DNA of 62,202 nucleotides, the filler included, from Candidatus Fermentibacterota bacterium (lineage in GTDB: Bacteria; JAFGKV01): NCBI GenBank assembly GCA_016928395.1. It is 8 parts of 8 records of this genome, joined end to end, with 100 filler letters (N's around TTAATTAATTAA, not from the genome) between each part and the next. Parts side by side here need not be neighbours in the genome. Positions count along the whole stretch, not along the records: positions 27,991 to 32,603 come from JAFGKV010000189.1; positions 32,704 to 38,362 come from JAFGKV010000190.1; positions 38,463 to 46,136 come from JAFGKV010000191.1; 5 more parts are not named here. One strand, given 5' to 3'. Position 1 is the first letter of the stretch. Each line of letters begins with the position of its first letter. This document shows, piece after piece, positions 29,039-38,909 of the stretch. A program made the position numbers and the translations under genes. The notes under the pieces are model-generated. The model ran no database searches, had not been told where the DNA came from, and saw nothing but the letters and a program-made list of their open reading frames with translations.

Positions 29039-29795
29039 GTCACGGTCAGCGTGGATAGCGTTGATCCCTCTGTGAATGACTTGACCAGGGGAAAGGGAAC
29101 CCATGAGTTGTCTACACGCGCAATTCAGCTTCTCGTCGGAGCAGGTATCACGACACACGGCGAACGCTGTCCTGACAAGACTCACCATCGATTTGTTCGG
29201 CTCGACCAAGGCATATCTCAGGGAGCTTGGTTGTAGAGGGGTAACGCCGATGCTGATGCAGCCACCAACACTGGTGGATCTGGAAGAACTGCGTCCCACG
29301 CCGTACCAGATCGAGCGTTTCCTCGATGACAACTACAACGCAATGGTTCGAGCATGCGGGTACGAGGGACTATACAAGCACGGCAAGCTGGGATGGGTCG
29401 GAAAGAAGGTTGCGTGCGGAGCCGGCATCTCAGAATGTGCCGTTGGACCCGATGGTGAATTGTACCCTTGCAGGGTCCTTCTTGGGGATAGTTTTGCTTC
29501 GGGATCTCTCCTTTCGGGTGGGTTCATGGACTTTTGGAGGGAATCACCCGTACTGCAAGACGTGCGATCCATCAGGTATGCGTCAATCGACCAATGCGGG
29601 CGGTGCGACTTGTTGGGATTGTGCCTCGGCGGATGCCGCGGCACGGCATACCAACTCACGGGCAGTCTGGAAGGATGGATAGGGAGAGAACTCTGTCACG
29701 AGCAGCAGCAGATCCTCATGCACAAGCTGGTCGTAGCGGTGCGAGCAGAGCGCGAGAGGAGCCGCCGAGATCGGCCGGAGGTGCGAGGTGAGTAA
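29039..29795 (+). pseudogene. Radical SAM/SPASM enzyme remnant (N-terminal CxxxCxxC region missing; frameshift at ~29153-29158)
   Basis: VTVSVDS...NDLTRGKG in one frame, then in the +1 frame CGAG..CAVGPDGELYPC and CGRCDLLGLCLGGC...LC SPASM motifs; no cluster-binding motif in the 130 nt upstream. Confidence 0.78.
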
Positions 29796-30885
29796 GGGTT
29801 CTCGAATCGGATTGTCCCTACTACTGGTTGCTTTGGCGTGCCGCGCGTCAGACCCGAAAGCCTCCGAGATAGGAAGCGTTGTGCAGACCCCCGTCCTGGA
29901 GTGGCCTCGGCCCGATACGCTGCTGTCGGTGACGAGAACTGGTTCTCTACGACTTGTCGAAGGCTGCAGCATTCCTGGGAGCGGGCAACTCGCTGCAGAT
30001 TCCTTGGGCGTCTTGATCTCGACTTCCAATCGCCTGCTAGCCATGGACTGGGAGTGCAGGGAGACGTGGTCCTCTCCGGTCTCCTCGAATGCCGGGATGC
30101 CCACAGGACTGTGCAGTGTCGCGTCGCTGAATGACTCTGCCTTGCTCCTTGCTGAGGACATGCAGGGGCTCCGCACACTGTGCCGGAGAACGGGGAGAGC
30201 TCTCAGTGAGGGGCACTTTCTGGGGGATCTGGGGGGTATGTATCGTCCAGAGATAGTCCCGTATTTGTCGGCACCCTGCGGAGTTCATGTGGGAAGAGGC
30301 CTCATTGTAGCCTCTCAACACGCGTTCACCTGCCACCAATGCGGTGCGTGCGTGGTGTTGTATGATGAGTCATTCCACGAGGTCCTCGTCTTGGGCACGA
30401 AGAAGCGGGAGGACGGGGCCGCCTTCTCGGCTGTGACTAGCAGTGGAGAGGCCAGTTTCTTTATTGCGACCAAGGACAACGACGCGATTCATGAACTGAG
30501 GCCGGACGGCACCATGGTCCGATCCCTGACCTGTGGGCATACCAGGAGGCGGCCGGCCATGGCGCCCGCGGTTTGTGGGGGCGAGAAGGCGTTCCCGAAG
30601 GTGTTCCCCATCGTCGTATCTCTTGTTTTTGCCGATCCTGATACGCTGTGGGTGCTCTATGGTGGAGGCGCCTTTGAATCGGACCTCAGCGAACTCTGGC
30701 AGGTTCGGCTCTCGTCGCTTGAGGCCAGCGTCCTTCAGCTTCCGTTCCTAGCGGAGGATGCTGCCGTTTATGGCAGTGCCCTTGCGGTGGTGGACGTTAC
30801 TTCGGAGATGGATGCACACGGCAGGTATGTTGTCGATCCTGAGAAGTACCGCGTGCACATTGGTCGATGGGAGGTGAGTGAATGA
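29788..30885 (+). CDS. Lipoprotein, probable 6-bladed beta-propeller
   Basis: Lipobox LAC; beta-rich repeats (IHELRPDGTMVRSL, DPDTLWVL); overlaps both neighbours. Confidence 0.6.
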   Translation: MSKGSRIGLSLLLVALACRASDPKASEIGSVVQTPVLEWPRPDTLLSVTRTGSLRLVEGCSIPGSGQLAADSLGVLISTSNRLLAMDWECRETWSSPVSSNAGMPTGLCSVASLNDSALLLAEDMQGLRTLCRRTGRALSEGHFLGDLGGMYRPEIVPYLSAPCGVHVGRGLIVASQHAFTCHQCGACVVLYDESFHEVLVLGTKKREDGAAFSAVTSSGEASFFIATKDNDAIHELRPDGTMVRSLTCGHTRRRPAMAPAVCGGEKAFPKVFPIVVSLVFADPDTLWVLYGGGAFESDLSELWQVRLSSLEASVLQLPFLAEDAAVYGSALAVVDVTSEMDAHGRYVVDPEKYRVHIGRWEVSE

Positions 30886-31970
30886 GATGGATGGTCCTTA
30901 CAATGGGGTTGATGGCTGCGTGTGGCGGCCGTGGCGGCTCGGAGCAGGGCACAGCGTTGAGCGACAGTGTGTGTACTGCGCTGGCTGAGTGGTCTGGCTG
31001 GGCGGAAGGTGGGAAGGCATTAGCTCCCGTGAGGGATGAGTGTCCCCGCCTCATGACGGAGTACGGGAGCCGAGAGGCGGCGGAGCCTCCGTTCTTCTCG
31101 GTCGAGGCATTTGCGGTTCGAGGCGACACGCTGTTCGTGGCGGATCAGAAGGGGGCGCAACTCGTTACCATGGATCTTGGCGGGCGAGTGTTGTGGAAGA
31201 GCGGGCGGGCAGGGCAGGGGCCCGGAGAGTTCTCCGGATTGGCCCAGCTCGCGGTCGGCGACACGCTGATCGCGGTCTCGAATCTGAACAACAATCGTGT
31301 TGACTTGTTCTCGCGGGCCGGGACCTGGCTCAGGTCGATCCCGATCCAGTGCCCCTATGATCTCGCCTTCCTTGATGAGAACACGCTGGTCGTGGTTACG
31401 CATGCGGAGCCGGGCGGCATGGTGCAGGTGGTTGATCTTCATACAGACGCGGTGAGAGCGTTCGGTGGTCCATGGCCATTCCTCTCCGCCAACATCCGAG
31501 GAAACCGTGATCTGCACTGCGCGGTTGTCGGCGACCACCTGTTGGCGGTGTGCAGCTACTATGCGAACCACATCGAGGTATATGACTGCCGCCGTGATAC
31601 GCTCGTGGCTGCGTTTCACCGAACCCTGCCGGCGGGAGTGCCCGATCACTCGGTGAAGAAGGACGCAGGTGGGGAGATGATGTTCTTCACGCTGCAGACC
31701 TTCCTGTTGGACATCTTCGCGGGCGCTGATGGAGCCATCAACGTGCTCCTCCGGCCCTTCGCACCCGACAAGACCGTAGACTGCGCGGCGGAGGGAGTTG
31801 CCGAGGTCGGTATCATCGACCGGTTCTCGACCCAGGGCGAGTACCTGGGCAGCTACGCAGTGCCGGTCAGCGCGAGCCAGGCCGTCCTTCGCGGTTCGGA
31901 GATCTTCGTGTCCAGCAGCCAGGAGGATATGATCCACAGGTTTGCGCTCCCGCAACCGCGCCAGGAATGA
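30882..31970 (+). CDS. 6-bladed beta-propeller (NHL-like) lipoprotein
   Basis: Lipobox AAC; LFVAD..., GRAGQGPGEF, RVDLFSRAGTWLRSI, DRFSTQGEYLGS; ATGA overlap. Confidence 0.82.
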   Translation: MRWMVLTMGLMAACGGRGGSEQGTALSDSVCTALAEWSGWAEGGKALAPVRDECPRLMTEYGSREAAEPPFFSVEAFAVRGDTLFVADQKGAQLVTMDLGGRVLWKSGRAGQGPGEFSGLAQLAVGDTLIAVSNLNNNRVDLFSRAGTWLRSIPIQCPYDLAFLDENTLVVVTHAEPGGMVQVVDLHTDAVRAFGGPWPFLSANIRGNRDLHCAVVGDHLLAVCSYYANHIEVYDCRRDTLVAAFHRTLPAGVPDHSVKKDAGGEMMFFTLQTFLLDIFAGADGAINVLLRPFAPDKTVDCAAEGVAEVGIIDRFSTQGEYLGSYAVPVSASQAVLRGSEIFVSSSQEDMIHRFALPQPRQE

Positions 31971-32078
31971 GTCCGGACAAGTCGCCCTCCGGCGGGTTCC
32001 TCTCCCCGGCATCAGGGAACGACTCCGCGACGTCGCATTCCTGGTGGAGATGGTCAGGCAAATGGGCGAGGAGAAGCC

Positions 32079-32603
32079 ATGAGCAGAACGGTCAGCACGC
32101 GGGTCATGTGGATCACGGCGGCAGCCTTCCTGATGGTCAACGGCGCGATCATCGGCCGCCAGATCGTCGCGAAGCGGCGGGCCATGCCAGCCGAATCGGA
32201 AGCCACGCCCATGGTAGCGCATGGCGGCCGTGTCACCTGGAGCGGGCATGACATCCTCGGTCGGCCTGTGACCATCCCCTGTGACACCGCGGATGTGCTG
32301 ATCGTGGAAGTGGATCTCAACCAGGGCCGGGAGGCACTGGAACTGGCAAGGATTCTCCAGCATGGCCGCCCCAGGTCGGGTGTGCCGATTGTGCTTCTTG
32401 CAGCAACAGGTAACACACGTTCCTTGGCGAGACTGAGCCAGACCGGGAGCGCCTCGATGCATGTCGTGACGCGTCATTCGCTCGACACAGTCTTAGGGAG
32501 TCGACCGGAACGATCCCTGGCAATGGGGAGGGTGGTAATCATTGGTTCAGATGCGTTGGCGGGACTAACCATGTTGAAGGCAGGCCCACGGGATCTGCAG
32601 GTA
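32079..32603 (+). CDS. Membrane-anchored hypothetical protein (partial)
   Basis: GAGGAG RBS, N-terminal TM helix, ORF open to the contig end; weak redoxin-like pattern without CxxC. Confidence 0.5.
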
Positions 32604-32703
32604 NNNNNNNNNNNNNNNNNNNNNNNNNNNNNNNNNNNNNNNNNNNNTTAATTAATTAANNNNNNNNNNNNNNNNNNNNNNNNNNNNNNNNNNNNNNNNN
32701 NNN

Positions 32704-33492
32704 ACCGGCAGGCTCCAACAGCAGGTCGGCCAGACGACCGCGGGCTTCGTCTGAGAAGCCCAGGCCATCCCGGATGTAGCCGTTGACGCTGCCGAACCCT
32801 TCTCGCATCTCGCTGAAGGATGCCTCCAGATACTCCCGTCGAACCTCGAACAGAGGCTGAAACCGCTCCCGCGATATGCCGACCAGCGAGAACATCCCGA
32901 GGCGCTTCAGCATCTCCTCTCGGAAGCCATGAAGGCTTTCGTTGGAAAGGAGATAATCGCTCAGGATCGTATCGTAGGGGACCCCAAGCGTGTGGTGGAT
33001 GATCGCACAGGCAAGCCCGGTTCGATCCTTGCCCGCGGTGCAATGAATGAGGATGGGCAGGTTGTCCTCATCTGAGGCGATGCCCAGGATCATCCCCAGT
33101 TCCTCCCGAAACTCGCTGACATACTCCCGATAGATCTCTTCGAGAACCTGTTCATACCGCAAGGTACGGGCTTTGCCGAACAGAAGGGAGAGAAGCTGCC
33201 GGAAGCGGCCCGACTCGTCGTGCTGTCGGGCCTTCATCGGGATATGGGTGTAGCGGAAATGGGCGTCGTGCGCAAGGGGATTGGGGTGATGCGCCCGTTC
33301 CCGTTGCGTTCGGAGATCACAGACCGTCTTGATCCCCAGAGCCCTGAGTCGTTCCAGGTCGTTGCCGGTGGCCCCGGAGAGGCTGCCGCTCCGATAGAGC
33401 ATCCCTCCACGCACGCGTCGCCCGTCCTGGGTACCATACCCGCCGAAGTCCCTGAAGTTGTGAATTCCGTCCATCATACTCATGCCTCGCAT
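32704..33492 (-). CDS. Tyrosine-protein phosphatase (Y_phosphatase3 / PtpB-like), extreme 3' end at the contig break
   Basis: NFRDFGGY, LYRSG, DLRT, HCTAGKDRTG, DYLLSN. Confidence 0.92.
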
Positions 33493-33895
33493 CGCGGTTC
33501 GGCTTCCTCAGGATGACCCCCGCTTGACACTCATCCGAACGGCCAGTGACACAGCCTGGCAACCCCGCAAGGCGCCGTCACCTCTGCTGCGCGATTCCTA
33601 TCTTCGGCGGCGCCCACCCCGCTTCGTGCCACAACCGCCGTGCGTGTCTCCGCAGATTCGGCTCCCAGGGGGTGTCTTCCCGGCTGGAAGCCGAGACCAC
33701 GGCTCCCTTGGCCGCGCCTGGCGTGCACACGTTTCGAGCAGTTCCCGACCCTGGTGTGCCGGAGAATATGGCAAAGCCTGCCTTCGCGGGCAACCAGGAG
33801 GCACCCTGTCGTCGTGAAGCCTTGAGCTCCTCACGTTGGGCAGTACCTTGTGGGGGCGTGTAGGATCACTTCACTCTACGCCAAGGGGGTTCGAT

Positions 33896-35098
33896 ATGCG
33901 ATGCTACGTCACGATCCTCTGTACCTTCCTGAGTGTCGTTGCGTCGAGTGCGCGTGCCCAGGTTCTCATCAACGAGTTCACGCCAAAGGGAACCGAGTGG
34001 ATCGAACTCGTCAATGCCTCTGACGCCGCGGTCGCGGTCACCGGGTGGACCGTTGACGATGGAAGTCCCTCCCATGCGGATACTCTGGACTCAACGTGGG
34101 GTATCTCCGTGCTTCTCGGAGGCGAGTACTTCTGGCATGCAAGAGTGAATGGGTGGGATCTCAGCAATGACGGTGAGTATGTCGTTCTGCGCGACGACAC
34201 CGGCGCCACGGTTGACTCTGTCGCCTACGGCACCAAAGGAGGCGCGCCGATCGCCCCTTCCGGCTGGAGTTGTGCGCGCAGGCCTGACGGGACCAGCAGT
34301 GGCGACTGCGCCTTGGATTGGGATATCGATCCTGCGCCCACGCCCGGCGTCATGAATGATGTCCCTGGAGGCGTGAATCTGGGATCCAGCCTCATCATCA
34401 ACGAAATCGATCCAACCCACCTGGTTCCCGATACGCCTGACTCCGTTGAGCTCTACAACCCCACAAATGAGGATGTCAGCCTCGTCGGCTGGCTGATCTC
34501 CGATGGGGACGATGTTGATACGCTCAGCGCAGGTGTCGCACCCGCGGGCGGATATGCCGTATTAGCGCAAGGCGAGCCGGGCAGCTTCACCTTCGACTTC
34601 ACCACGAATGATGTCTGCTATCTGTGGACAGACGGGTTCGTGCGTGTGAACCAGCTTGGCTGGGCCGGTGAATCTGATGAGTACTCGTTGCAGCGATGCC
34701 CCGATGGAGCGGGCCCCCACGAGGGCTACAACTGGGCCTCCTCCGGCGGCGGCAGCACGCTTCTTGATCTTCCTGCGACGTGGGGTTCGGCAAACCCAGT
34801 GCCGGCGCCGCACGTGGTTGACCTCGAGTTGTCGCTGCTTAATCCTTCCACCGCAGTTCTGGCGTGGACGATATCGCCCCTTGCCGATTCCTACCGGATC
34901 TACCGCACCGAAGCGTGGTACTTCTCGGGACAGGAGTCGTTGTGGGTAACGGCGGCCGCATCGCCGTGCACCGTGACGACAGGTATTGGAAACCCTTTTC
35001 TTGACTATGCGTACATCGTCAAAGCTGTGGGGCCGACCGGCGAATCCGCCCCATCCAACCCCGTCGGTGAGTTCGACGGATTCTGGGACATTCCCTGA
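33896..35098 (+). CDS. Secreted protein with two lamin-tail domains and an SNPVGEFD C-terminal domain
   Basis: Signal peptide ending ARA; VLINEF..EWIELVN, LSNDGE, PTPG..N, IINEI..VELYN; C-terminus PSNPVGEFDGFWDIP. Confidence 0.85.
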   Translation: MRCYVTILCTFLSVVASSARAQVLINEFTPKGTEWIELVNASDAAVAVTGWTVDDGSPSHADTLDSTWGISVLLGGEYFWHARVNGWDLSNDGEYVVLRDDTGATVDSVAYGTKGGAPIAPSGWSCARRPDGTSSGDCALDWDIDPAPTPGVMNDVPGGVNLGSSLIINEIDPTHLVPDTPDSVELYNPTNEDVSLVGWLISDGDDVDTLSAGVAPAGGYAVLAQGEPGSFTFDFTTNDVCYLWTDGFVRVNQLGWAGESDEYSLQRCPDGAGPHEGYNWASSGGGSTLLDLPATWGSANPVPAPHVVDLELSLLNPSTAVLAWTISPLADSYRIYRTEAWYFSGQESLWVTAAASPCTVTTGIGNPFLDYAYIVKAVGPTGESAPSNPVGEFDGFWDIP

Positions 35099-35198
35099 TA
35101 CGGTTATCCCTTGGCCGAAATGGGCGTACGCGAGGACGCCGCAGCCCAGGCCGTCATCACGGCGGGTGAGATTCTCCCCCCTCTGGCCGGGACCTCCG

Positions 35199-35390
35199 TT
35201 ACTGTTTCATGGCCAGCAGCCGGACAAACACCCCCATTGAGAATCCTACGCACGACAACTGGAGCATCGTCGCCGAGGAGAAACTGTCACCGAGAAAGAA
35301 GACGATCGAAGGCCCGAAGAACCTGCCAAAGAGCGCGAGAAGTAGCGCCAGCAGGCCCAAAGCACCCAGGACTAGCGAGAGAAGCTTCAT
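35199..35390 (-). CDS. Small two-helix membrane protein (63 aa)
   Basis: AAGGAGG RBS; MKLLSLVLGALGLLALLLALFGRF; two hydrophobic segments. Confidence 0.65.
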   Translation of the reverse strand: MKLLSLVLGALGLLALLLALFGRFFGPSIVFFLGDSFSSATMLQLSCVGFSMGVFVRLLAMKQ

Positions 35391-35685
35391 CGGAGGTCCT
35401 CCTTGGCTCCGTGCCGGGCGGCACGGGTTCCCACAACCGGCGCGACGAGCCACCCAAAGCGACAGTCGGCATCCGAGGCGGCATTCGCCACGATTCCGCA
35501 TCAACTCGACTCGTAGTATCATTCGCTACCGCCCTGTTGTCAATGATGGGCCGAGGCCCGATGTGAGAGCGGCCCGACAATCCCAGGGCACGACATCAGA
35601 GTAAGCCTTGGCCGAGACAGCCGGCTTGACTGCTAGAGATCCAGGCCCCAGGTTGATGACTCGGTCCCTCGCGTAGGAGGCATCC

Positions 35686-36849
35686 ATGAGGCCGTTCCTC
35701 GTTCTACCGCTCATAATGGCCTGCTCTATTCCCAGTCCCCAGGCCCCCACCTGGGAGGTGACGGCCAATGTGCCTTTGGTGGCACGCACGGTCTTTGCCC
35801 GTGACCTCATCGGAAGCCAGGGCGACTTCTTCTTCGGCGAGTATGGGCCCTTCCGTGTGATGGATTCCGACAGCGTCGTGGCCAGCCTGGTCTCCGCCAT
35901 TGTGGTCGCGGATCCTGCCGGCCTTCAGGCCCTTCCTTCCCAGGGTGAAGCCACCATAGCCGCCGGTACGGTCGGGTGGAGCGGAAATCCTCTGGACGAG
36001 CTGGATAACCCCGAGTTCTTCCGGGTATGGATCGAGCTTGTCATAAGGCACAACCTGCCCGGCGCGGTGACGGTGGATGCGCTCATCGAGGGATGGGATG
36101 ACACCTGGCGCCCCAGTGAAGCCGTGGAGGTCACCGCAGCCGCGCCGCCGACTTCTGGCGGCGTCGAGATCACCTCGACGCATCTAATCACCGATGAGCG
36201 CGTGCTGGCCTTCATCAATCCTTCGCCCGCCCATGACGTGCCCGACAGTTTCCTGGCGACCTGCAGCGTGACCTATGGCGCCCAAGGCGAGGAAGTCGGC
36301 GGCGAGCCGGTACTCTCCATCGAGATCTCGGTCATCACCGCCATCGACCTAAGCTTCGACGGCGCCAGCGTAGATCGCCGATCCATCGTCCAGAAACTCA
36401 TAATCTCCCCAGAAGATGTCGATTCGGATGCTGCCGATCTTTCAGGCAATCTGACCAAGAACCTCCGTGCGGCCCTCATAGTGACCGATGTGGCCAACAA
36501 CCTGCCTCTGGGCGGGTTGGCCTATGTGCGTGTCGATCACGATTCCCTGAACTTGTGGATCGATCCAGCGCTCCTGGTCGGCCCCTTCGAGTTCGATGCC
36601 CCTCCCGTCGACCCTCTCTCAGGGAAGTCAACGGGCGTGAGCGACGCCCAATCCAGCGTGACTCTGAATGAAGAACACCTCGACTTATTCTCCAATCCAG
36701 GCCCGGGGGATCTCACGCTCTACGCCGCCGTAGAGTATCTTCTTGATGGCGCGGGCCGGCGCCGGATCTGCGTATGTGCAGGCGATTCCATCAGGGCAGA
36801 GGCCCTCATGGCTATCACATCTCTTGTCGAGGTGGACGATGAGTCATAG
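35686..36849 (+). CDS. Hypothetical lipoprotein
   Basis: AGGAGG RBS, lipobox MAC, 387-aa ORF overlapping the next gene. Confidence 0.75.
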   Translation: MRPFLVLPLIMACSIPSPQAPTWEVTANVPLVARTVFARDLIGSQGDFFFGEYGPFRVMDSDSVVASLVSAIVVADPAGLQALPSQGEATIAAGTVGWSGNPLDELDNPEFFRVWIELVIRHNLPGAVTVDALIEGWDDTWRPSEAVEVTAAAPPTSGGVEITSTHLITDERVLAFINPSPAHDVPDSFLATCSVTYGAQGEEVGGEPVLSIEISVITAIDLSFDGASVDRRSIVQKLIISPEDVDSDAADLSGNLTKNLRAALIVTDVANNLPLGGLAYVRVDHDSLNLWIDPALLVGPFEFDAPPVDPLSGKSTGVSDAQSSVTLNEEHLDLFSNPGPGDLTLYAAVEYLLDGAGRRRICVCAGDSIRAEALMAITSLVEVDDES

Positions 36850-38041
36850 CCGCCTTACACGTGCGATGATGGTCGTCGCGATGGTCGCCGCCGGAGCGGG
36901 AGCTGACAACGGCGGCCGGATGCGCTGGGGCGCCGGATGGCTTAGCAACCCGGCGCTCCTGGCCGATACCGCCACCGAGCGCTGGGAAGTCTGCGTAGTG
37001 CAGGGGGATATCGCCGTTCGCAACAATGCGTTCAACCTTGACCTGTATAGGAGATACAACGGCGCGTTTCTTGAGGAGGATGACAAGCAGACGATCCTCG
37101 AGAGCATCTCCGGGCAATCAGTGCGGGGGCTGCTGAGGGGCGAGGGTTCCGCCATGGGGGTTCGGATCGGCCATGCCGCGTTCACGATCGGCGCCTACCT
37201 CGGTGGCGATCTCAGTGTGGACAAGGAGATGATCGACCTCGTCTTTTTCGGCAATGACCTTGACCGGCGCTATGAGGTGCTGAACTCGGGCGGCGCGTTG
37301 GCCTACCTGTCTGCCGGGGCCGCCTATGGCATCGAGATGGGTGACATGGCCGGGTGGACTACGTCGGTTGGCATAGGAGGTCGGGTTGCGGTGGGTCTGG
37401 TGGCCGCGAAGATCATGGAGAGTTCCCTCAGCGTTCTGACCGAGGTGGGAGGGATCACCGCGACGGGCGCCACAGTGGTCCGTCGAACCGATGCCGATGG
37501 TGCACGCCCCGTGACTGTCGCCTTGGACCTCGGGGGTCGGGCCACGAAAGGAAAGTGGGAGCTGGGGCTGTCGTTCACGGATATCGGGCCTTCGTTTTCG
37601 TGGTCAGAGGTCGAAGAGAAGCTGGTTGAGTTCGAGGCGATAGAATGGACCGCGGAGTTGGGCGACAGCGGCTACACCACCGCGGATACGACCTACGATG
37701 TGGGCTCGTGGTCGACCCCGCTGCCTACCCGTATGGAAGTGACGGTGGGAAGGTCTCTGCCGTGGGGCGCAGTCTGGATGCGCTGGGAACAGGGTCTGCG
37801 GCGATGGGCGGGGGTCACGACGACGCCACGCGTGCACACTGGTGTCGCGTGGGACGCCCTTTCGTGGCTGCGCCCCTGGTTCGAGCTGGGGTTGGGAAGC
37901 CCCGAGGGGTTCGGCATGGCCCTGGGCACAGCTCTTACGCCCGGGCCGGTTCGGCTGTCGCTGGGTATCACCGGATTTCGTCTGCCTCCCTCCCACAGCG
38001 AGGCTCTGGGCCTGCGCCTGGGGCTGGGATTCGGCGGATAG
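36839..38041 (+). CDS. Outer-membrane beta-barrel protein (DUF5723-like)
   Basis: Signal peptide, NPALL plug motif, alternating beta-strands, DLG...DIG, LPT motif, terminal LGLGF. Confidence 0.7.
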   Translation: MSHSRLTRAMMVVAMVAAGAGADNGGRMRWGAGWLSNPALLADTATERWEVCVVQGDIAVRNNAFNLDLYRRYNGAFLEEDDKQTILESISGQSVRGLLRGEGSAMGVRIGHAAFTIGAYLGGDLSVDKEMIDLVFFGNDLDRRYEVLNSGGALAYLSAGAAYGIEMGDMAGWTTSVGIGGRVAVGLVAAKIMESSLSVLTEVGGITATGATVVRRTDADGARPVTVALDLGGRATKGKWELGLSFTDIGPSFSWSEVEEKLVEFEAIEWTAELGDSGYTTADTTYDVGSWSTPLPTRMEVTVGRSLPWGAVWMRWEQGLRRWAGVTTTPRVHTGVAWDALSWLRPWFELGLGSPEGFGMALGTALTPGPVRLSLGITGFRLPPSHSEALGLRLGLGFGG

Positions 38042-38065
38042 GGGAGGGGAGAGAGGAAGGGAGCA

Positions 38066-38163
38066 GATGGACGGATGAGTGGACGATTGGATGAGTGGAC
38101 GATTGGATGAGTGGACGGATGGACGGATGGAACACTGGAATAGGGGAATACTGGAACGCTGGG
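38066..38163. repeat. Degenerate 8/16-nt tandem repeats
   Basis: GGATGAGTGGACGATT repeated, then TGGAACAC/TGGAATAG/GGGAATAC/TGGAACGC. Confidence 0.8.
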
Positions 38164-38330
38164 TCGGTGGACGAAGGGATGATTGGATGGATTAGGGCAG
38201 GGAGAAGGGGGCCGGAGCGTGTGGGGGAGAATGTAGGAAAGCTCACGTTCGACTGCCCGGCTTGTCGATTACGATTACGATGGCGATAGCGATACGGACC
38301 CGGAACCGCCGGCGGGCGACCATGGACAGC

Positions 38331-38353
38331 GTAGGAGGGCCTTCAGGCCCGAC
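38331..38353 (+). repeat. GTAG-type REP
   Basis: GTAGGAGGGCCTTCAGGCCCGAC, identical to the copy at 38-60 (reverse); at a contig end. Confidence 0.75.
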
Positions 38354-38462
38354 AGGGGCGGCNNNNNNNNNNNNNNNNNNNNNNNNNNNNNNNNNNNNNN
38401 NNNNNNTTAATTAATTAANNNNNNNNNNNNNNNNNNNNNNNNNNNNNNNNNNNNNNNNNNNN

Positions 38463-38775
38463 ACCGCCAGCAACTCTCCCTCATCCGCCACGCCAGCCCC
38501 TCAACGCCTCCACCCCCAAAACACCCGTAGGCTTTTTCAGCGGAATCTACAGAGCACTCTAGACCCCGCTCAAGGCCGGATCGCTCGTCGGTGTTCTCAT
38601 GGAACCGAACGCAGGAGGGCAAGCTGAACCGCTCCATGATGGCGTCAATATCAAGAATCACATCGAAGTAGACCCACTCCCGGCAGTTCTTCGACCATGC
38701 CTGACCACGATAAGTTACCCTCACGCCGTCTTCGAGAAGTGCCTTCTCCAGCGGCGCCAAATGCTCACACACCAT
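38463..38775 (-). CDS. Hypothetical protein (partial or disrupted)
   Basis: MVCEHL..LE...RGQAWSKNCREWVYFD; frame open to the contig end. Confidence 0.6.
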
Positions 38776-38909
38776 GGTGCGCCTCATGCCGGCTGCCCGA
38801 GAAATCACGCCCACAGAGCCTCGTATCCCTCCCGAGAACCAGGGCAGGCACTACCGCCGTGACGATGATGCCGTTCACTGATGACTCATTTCCAAAGCAT
38901 CCAACTGCC

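Noticed and set aside
33529-33585. SAM-I riboswitch-like fragment (GGCAACC...AAGGCGCC)
   Set aside because: The P2/kink-turn elements are absent and the downstream gene is unrelated to methionine metabolism.
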